In this document: positions 59,046 through 64,000 of the stretch, piece after piece
How the letters are laid out: the number at the start of each line of letters is the position of its first letter
Position numbering within the stretch: the first letter of the stretch is position 1
DNA from: an uncultured Lishizhenia sp.
GTDB taxonomy: Bacteria > Bacteroidota > Bacteroidia > Flavobacteriales_D > Crocinitomicaceae
Reading direction: 5' to 3'
NCBI GenBank assembly: GCA_964636775.1
Contig: CAZWSY010000003.1
Coordinates: forward strand, 17,259-81,258
DNA: 64,000 nt
The notes under the pieces: generated by a model
The model's input: the letters and a program-made list of their open reading frames with translations, nothing else
Told to the model about the DNA's origin: nothing
The model's database searches: none
Made by a program: the position numbers and the translations under genes

Positions 59046-60198
59046 AACTGGGGTTATTGTTATTGAAGGTCACGTACAAGGTCTTTCCAATACGAGAGAA
59101 CTGGGAAAACGAGGTATTCCGGTTTGGGTAATAGATACTGGAAATTGTGTGGCAAAATATTCAAGGTACTGTCAAAAGTTTGTACAATGTCCTGCATTTA
59201 ACAGTGACGCACTCGCTGATTTTTTGATTGATTTAGCAAAAACAAATAATCTTGAAGGTTGGATGCTTTTACCCTCAAACGACCATGCGGTTTATACTAT
59301 CTCACGTAATCACCATCGTTTGTCGAATTATTTTAAGCTTATTACTGGAAAAACTGAGCAACTCGACCTCATTTACGACAAAGTTAATCTGTTGGAATTG
59401 GCGCTTAAAGCAAAAGTAGATTTTCCATTTTATCAGAGTAAATCAACCCTCGAAGAATTGGATTTTAATGCCTTTGAATATCCTGTTATAACAAAAGGAA
59501 GAGTAGGACTTGACTTCCATAAAAAACTGAAAACCAAAGTTATAATATCAACTTCTGCTTTAGAATTAAAGAAAAACCTGATTGACCTTTCAACTAAATT
59601 TCCAATTGAAAAAACCTTTACTCAAAACATTATACCTTTCGACAAAGGCAATAAGACCATTTCAGTTGGATGTTTTGCAAGCGAAGGTGAGTTAGTAACT
59701 TGTTGGATGGGCGTCAAAAAACGTGAACATCCTCTTACTTTTGGAACTGCCACTTTGGCTGAAAGTATATACAATAAAGAACTCGTTGAACCAACCAAAA
59801 ATATCCTCAAGGCCCTAAATTATTCAGGGATTTGTGAAATTGAATTTCTTTTCGACCCAAGAGATAAAACCTATAACCTCATCGAAATCAATGCAAGAAC
59901 CTGGCTTTGGGTAGGTTTGGCCGCAGAATGTGGTGTACCGCTTGTTTGGTTAGCTTATCAGAAAGCAAATGGCTTAAAAATGGAAATCCCGAACCATTAC
60001 GAGAAAAATGTGGTGTGGTTTAATCCATTCACAAACATTGTCTTTACTCTAAAAGGGTTATTAAATGGCAAAGTTAAATGGCAGGAAATTCAAGAAAATT
60101 TCGGCAAGAAAAAAGTAAATGCACTTTTTATCAAAGGTGATTTTATTCCTGGTTGGATGTATTTTGTTCTATTATTAAAATTTATGAAAACCAGATGA
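59035..60198 (+). CDS. ATP-grasp domain protein (second, distinct carboxylate-amine ligase-like)
   Basis: VIVIEGHVQGLSNTRELGKRGIPVWVID pre-ATP-grasp domain, YPVITKGRVGLDF and GICEIEFLFDPRDKTYNLIEINARTW. Confidence 0.7.
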   Translation: MSTKTGVIVIEGHVQGLSNTRELGKRGIPVWVIDTGNCVAKYSRYCQKFVQCPAFNSDALADFLIDLAKTNNLEGWMLLPSNDHAVYTISRNHHRLSNYFKLITGKTEQLDLIYDKVNLLELALKAKVDFPFYQSKSTLEELDFNAFEYPVITKGRVGLDFHKKLKTKVIISTSALELKKNLIDLSTKFPIEKTFTQNIIPFDKGNKTISVGCFASEGELVTCWMGVKKREHPLTFGTATLAESIYNKELVEPTKNILKALNYSGICEIEFLFDPRDKTYNLIEINARTWLWVGLAAECGVPLVWLAYQKANGLKMEIPNHYEKNVVWFNPFTNIVFTLKGLLNGKVKWQEIQENFGKKKVNALFIKGDFIPGWMYFVLLLKFMKTR

Positions 60199-61304
60199 CC
60201 ATATTATTCGTTACAGGACATCCTGCTCAAATCCATAATTTTAGGGTTGCAAAACAACTATTAGAGCGAAAGGGGCATAAAGTTGTTTGGGTTGCAAGTG
60301 CCAAGGAAATTAGTTTTCAACTTTTGGAACTTTATGGCATTAAAGCAACAGAAATTCAACGACCGAAAAAAGGAATTCTGAATAAAATTAAAACCCTATT
60401 AGTCAATGCGTTCATCATCTACAAATTGATAAAAAAAGAAAAAGTGGATATGGTAGTTTCTCGAGTTTCTCCGTTTGCTGCACTTGCTGCTTTTTGGCTT
60501 AGAAAACCACATATTGCACTTGCCGACACTGAGGTTTCTGGTTTTTACGACACTTTCTTTTCAAGAATGGTTGATGTACTTATAACTTCTAAAACCTTCA
60601 AACGCGACTTAAGAAAAGATCAAATTAAGATTCCAGCCAATATTGAATTGTTTTATTTACATCCCAATCACTACAAAGCCAAAGATGATGTTTTCAATTA
60701 TTTAGACTTGGAAAAAGGAGACCCCTTTGTGGTTTTACGCTTTGTTTCTTGGGGAGCATATCACGATGTTGGAATGCATGGTTACAATGAAGAACAAAAA
60801 ATAAAAGCGGTTCAATCTTTTGAGAAATTTGGAAAAGTATTTATTTCATCGGAGGGAGAATTACCTGAAATTCTGAAACCCTATCAAATCAAAATTCCTT
60901 TCGACCATATACACGATGCACTTTATCACGCCAGATTGTTTCTTGGTGAAGGAGCATCGATGGCAGCCGAAGCCGCTATTTTGGGAACTCCAGCGATTTT
61001 CCTCAACGATATTTGGTCAGGAAATGGTGAGGACATGGAAAAATATGGAATTTTTTATGGATTTAAAAGTAATTTGAAAGACCAAGAGAGCTCCATTGCA
61101 AAAGGTATGGAATTGCTCCAAATGGATAATTTAAAAGATTGGATGAAAAGCAATTTAGATAAATATATGTCAGATAAAATTGATGCTAGTGCTTTTCTTG
61201 TTTGGTTCATTGAAAATTATCCAACGAGTAAAAAAGAAATGTTAACCAATCCTTCGGCTTTTGAAAAATTCAAACCACTTAATGCGTACATTAACCAACT
61301 TTAA
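60195..61304 (+). CDS. DUF354-family protein (GT-B/epimerase-like fold, function unknown)
   Basis: The ATG at 60195 forms an ATGA overlap with the upstream stop. MTILFVTGHPAQIHNFRVAKQLLERKGHKVVWVA resembles the DUF354 N-terminus as I remember it. Confidence 0.6.
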   Translation: MTILFVTGHPAQIHNFRVAKQLLERKGHKVVWVASAKEISFQLLELYGIKATEIQRPKKGILNKIKTLLVNAFIIYKLIKKEKVDMVVSRVSPFAALAAFWLRKPHIALADTEVSGFYDTFFSRMVDVLITSKTFKRDLRKDQIKIPANIELFYLHPNHYKAKDDVFNYLDLEKGDPFVVLRFVSWGAYHDVGMHGYNEEQKIKAVQSFEKFGKVFISSEGELPEILKPYQIKIPFDHIHDALYHARLFLGEGASMAAEAAILGTPAIFLNDIWSGNGEDMEKYGIFYGFKSNLKDQESSIAKGMELLQMDNLKDWMKSNLDKYMSDKIDASAFLVWFIENYPTSKKEMLTNPSAFEKFKPLNAYINQL

Positions 61305-61318
61305 TATTCTTTATAATT

Positions 61319-61326
61319 TAACTTTG
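61319..61326 (+). promoter_or_regulatory. Possible internal -7 promoter box TAACTTTG in the only sizeable gap of the locus
   Basis: Exact TAnnTTTG match, 100 nt upstream of the ATG at 61427. Confidence 0.35.
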
Positions 61327-61426
61327 CCTTCCCAACCTACCTTCATAACATGAAAAGTTGTTTTTCCTTGTTGAAATTCATGCTTAATGAGGTATTCTTT
61401 ATTGACAAATAACTTCAATTGGTTTT

Positions 61427-62188
61427 ATGGATTTCACCTTACATACTTATCAAAAACTTCTCAAAGCTGCACTTTCAAAGGGTTATGAATTTCAAACAGT
61501 TGAATCTTTCATAAAACAACCTAAAAAGAGAGTTGTAGTGCTCCGCCATGACTCAGATATTTGGCCTAAAAACGACCTTAACATGGCAAAAGTTGAACAT
61601 GAAATCGGTGTAAAAAGCACCTATTATTTTCGTGTTCCCGAAACTGCAAGGACGCAAATTTTAAAGGAAATTGTTGCCCTTGACCATGAAATAGGCTATC
61701 ATTACGAAGATTTAGTTAGAACAAAAGGTAACTTAAACGAGGCGGAGAAATCATTCGAAAAAAACCTGAAGTTTTTACGTCAATTTTATCCTGTACAAAC
61801 TTTCTCCAGACACGGAAGGCCACTTTCCAAAATTGAAAGTTTGGATATGTGGAAATCAATCAATTACAAAGAGAAGTTCGGACTTTTGGGCGAGCCTTAT
61901 TTAGATATTGATTACACTAATGTCCTTTACTTGACAGACAACGGAAGTAAATGGAATGCGCACGAAAGCAATATTCGCGACGTGGTGACAAATTCCAAAA
62001 TTACACTGGATGTAAGCACCACCTTTGATTTAATTGAAGCTTTTGAGAATGAATTAACTCCTGATATCGTTATTCTCAATTGCCATCCAGCACGTTGGAA
62101 CAATAATCTTCTTGTTTGGACTTATCGTTTTTTCTTGCAAAAAGCGAAGAATATAGTGAAGAAACAACTTAAAAACATTCGCTCATGA
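61427..62188 (+). CDS. Divergent deacetylase-fold (polysaccharide deacetylase-like) protein
   Basis: VVVLRHDSDIWP, STYYFRV, IGYHYEDL and NCHPARW resemble the RHDVD-type branch of the glycoside hydrolase/deacetylase barrel. Weak, pattern-based call. Confidence 0.45.
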   Translation: MDFTLHTYQKLLKAALSKGYEFQTVESFIKQPKKRVVVLRHDSDIWPKNDLNMAKVEHEIGVKSTYYFRVPETARTQILKEIVALDHEIGYHYEDLVRTKGNLNEAEKSFEKNLKFLRQFYPVQTFSRHGRPLSKIESLDMWKSINYKEKFGLLGEPYLDIDYTNVLYLTDNGSKWNAHESNIRDVVTNSKITLDVSTTFDLIEAFENELTPDIVILNCHPARWNNNLLVWTYRFFLQKAKNIVKKQLKNIRS

Positions 62189-63120
62189 AAAAGCCGTTTT
62201 GCTTTCTAACCAATGATGTGGAAACCACTTCTTTGCTTTATCATGAACTTAGAGACGAAACAGGAAAAGTGGTTTTGGAGCAAGGTATGCCTAGACTGTT
62301 AGATTTGTACGACCAATACAATGTAAAAACTACTTTTTTCTACACTAGCTATATTGCAAAGCTCTATCCTGAGGTTGTAAAAATGGCACATGAACGAGGT
62401 CACGAGGTAGCTTCACACGGTTATTCTCATTTAGTTAAAAACGCCTTCGATGTGCTTTCAGATGAAAAAATTAATGACCATTTGTATCGATCTAAAGATA
62501 TTTTGGAGCAAATTATCGGTGAGGAAGTCATCTCTTTTCGTGCACCTGCCCTTCGAATTCGAAAAGATTTCTCCAAGTTTCTTCTTGAAAATGGTTATAA
62601 AATTGATAGCAGTGTTGCTTCCCAACGAATGGATATGTTCATGTCTTTTGGTGCAAAACACAAACTTAACTGGTTGTATGCACCACGCTCCATTTATTTT
62701 ACCTCAGAAGAAAACATTTTCAAAAGAGGATCATCAGACCTTCTTGAGATTCCTGTAACCTCGGTGCTATTGCCTTACATTGGTACTTTAATGCGAATTT
62801 CGCCACTATTATTTAAAAGTTTACGTCCTTTTATTCTCATTGAAAAAGAATTGGCAAATCGTCATGTAAATTTGCTAACCCATCCGAATGAGTTTATTGA
62901 TGAGGTACTCGATTCAACTATAAAAGTTCAAAGAAGATCTAAAAATCCTATCTCCTATTTTTTAGGGGATATTGTTCGTCATAAGCTAAAAGTCAGGAAT
63001 TTAGGAGAAAAAGCATTACCAATTTATGAAAATGAAGTGAAGTTTTTACTTCGAAATAATTTTGAGTTTACGACTATGAAAAATATTTACGCTCTAAAAA
63101 AACAAGAAAATGCCCGCTAA
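62185..63120 (+). CDS. Polysaccharide deacetylase (NodB-homology, carbohydrate esterase 4-like)
   Basis: FLTNDVETTS (the D-x-E variant of motif 1), TFFYT and RGHEVASHGYSH (His-His metal motif). ATGA overlap with the upstream gene. Confidence 0.8.
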   Translation: MKKPFCFLTNDVETTSLLYHELRDETGKVVLEQGMPRLLDLYDQYNVKTTFFYTSYIAKLYPEVVKMAHERGHEVASHGYSHLVKNAFDVLSDEKINDHLYRSKDILEQIIGEEVISFRAPALRIRKDFSKFLLENGYKIDSSVASQRMDMFMSFGAKHKLNWLYAPRSIYFTSEENIFKRGSSDLLEIPVTSVLLPYIGTLMRISPLLFKSLRPFILIEKELANRHVNLLTHPNEFIDEVLDSTIKVQRRSKNPISYFLGDIVRHKLKVRNLGEKALPIYENEVKFLLRNNFEFTTMKNIYALKKQENAR

Positions 63121-63613
63121 AGAAGTCTTAGAATTTTACAATCTCCGTGGCCCGATCGGATACGTTCGTTATGCATTTCGATTTATTAGAAATTTTTCCT
63201 TAGACAAAATGGCATTTTTCTGTCCAGTAAAATCATGGCGAACGAAGATGCATAAATGGAAAGGTATAAAAATTGGAAAAGGGGTTTATATTGGGCATGA
63301 AGTGATATTCGACAGGATTTTTCCGGATCAGATAGAAATTGGCGACCATACTTCTGTTGGCGACCGCGCAATTATCACCGCACATGCAAATATCCCCTCC
63401 GATACTGTACTCAAGAAACTTTATCCGAGAAGTATTAAAAAAGTAATTATTGGGAAAGGGGTATGGATAATGCCTAATGTCACCATTATTCCTGGTGTTA
63501 CAATAGGTGATGAAGCAGTAATTGCGACAGGGTCTGTGGTTACGAAAGATGTGGCACCACGAACTCTAGTCGCTGGCGTTCCTGCTAAAAAGGTTAAAGA
63601 TTTGGAGATTTAA
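63110..63613 (+). CDS. Hexapeptide-repeat O-acetyltransferase (WbbJ/LacA-like)
   Basis: Left-handed beta-helix repeats IGKGVYIGHEVIF, IGDHTSVGDRAIITAH and IGKGVWIMPNVTIIPGVTIGDEAVIATGSVV. Confidence 0.8.
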   Translation: MPAKEVLEFYNLRGPIGYVRYAFRFIRNFSLDKMAFFCPVKSWRTKMHKWKGIKIGKGVYIGHEVIFDRIFPDQIEIGDHTSVGDRAIITAHANIPSDTVLKKLYPRSIKKVIIGKGVWIMPNVTIIPGVTIGDEAVIATGSVVTKDVAPRTLVAGVPAKKVKDLEI

Positions 63614-63643
63614 TTTCTGAGTCTGCTCATTGTAGCATTCCAT

Positions 63644-64000
63644 CTACTCCGCAGGCACAGCAAAAAATTGATTCTCACCCCAAGATGTTGTAGCAAAATT
63701 GAACAATCCACAATTCGTACCGCCATACCGATCTACGTTCGCCCACATATAGTAACGTGTTGTCGCTCCGGTAGTATTGTTGACATAAATCGCACCCGAA
63801 ATCATCCCAAAATTACTAGGTGTAGTAACAGACCCACTCGCTAGAGGACTCCCAACAATTTGTGGGGAAGAGGAATACGTTGTATTGCTATTTGATAAGG
63901 AAGTTCTTACCCATAAAGCTCTTTCACTACCATCCCATTGTTGGTTTCCGTTATTGTTTGGAGACACCAATTCATAAATGTAAACCACCCATTTCCCTGG
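63644..64000 (-). CDS. 3-prime part of a minus-strand ORF running off the window edge; N/S/T/G-rich hypothetical protein
   Basis: The frame is open from 64000 down to the stop at 63644. The track start at 63988 is only a GTG, with the in-frame codons PGKW upstream of it. Convergent with the polysaccharide locus. No family recognised. Confidence 0.4.
   Translation of the reverse strand, partial: PGKWVVYIYELVSPNNNGNQQWDGSERALWVRTSLSNSNTTYSSSPQIVGSPLASGSVTTPSNFGMISGAIYVNNTTGATTRYYMWANVDRYGGTNCGLFNFATTSWGENQFFAVPAE

Noticed and set aside
61349-61382. Inverted repeat CATGAA...TTCATG in the intra-locus spacer
   Set aside because: Only 6 bp per arm with a 22-nt loop, which is expected by chance in AT-rich DNA.

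Overview
Low-GC, tightly packed chromosomal segment with about 60 CDS. By eye I found no rRNA, tRNA, CRISPR array, transposase or integrase. It looks like Bacteroidota, probably Flavobacteriia-like. Support: recurring TAnnTTTG -7 promoter boxes, very short or overlapping gene junctions, and many type IX secretion (T9SS) and gliding genes. Left to right: two secreted amidohydrolase paralogues; a porV-porU operon; housekeeping genes (pssA, purS, an aldehyde dehydrogenase, a crotonase, rplM-rpsI, rpsB-tsf, pyrH-frr); a ferredoxin; an orphan KASIII-ACP-KASIII-SDR cassette; two large T9SS type-B-CTD surface proteins with msrA, a GDPD-family gene and gdhA between them; a gldB-gldC-DUF2797-GtrA-gmhA operon; nadE; a WG-repeat protein; an HD hydrolase divergent from porX. 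From 47.5 kb to 63.6 kb there is one same-strand polysaccharide locus. It starts with nonulosonic (sialic-like) acid genes (neuB, neuC, CBS-nucleotidyltransferase, neuA, wzx, neuD-like). It continues with a GT52-like candidate sialyltransferase, a wzy-like polymerase, a glutaminase-less PP-loop AsnB-like enzyme, two ATP-grasp ligases, a GT4, a DUF354 protein, two deacetylase-fold proteins and an acetyltransferase. The two best candidates for uncharacterised biology are the decorating half of this locus and the orphan KASIII/ACP/SDR cassette. I saw no recognisable defence system or mobile element. All calls come from reading the supplied translations and the DNA; no database search was possible.
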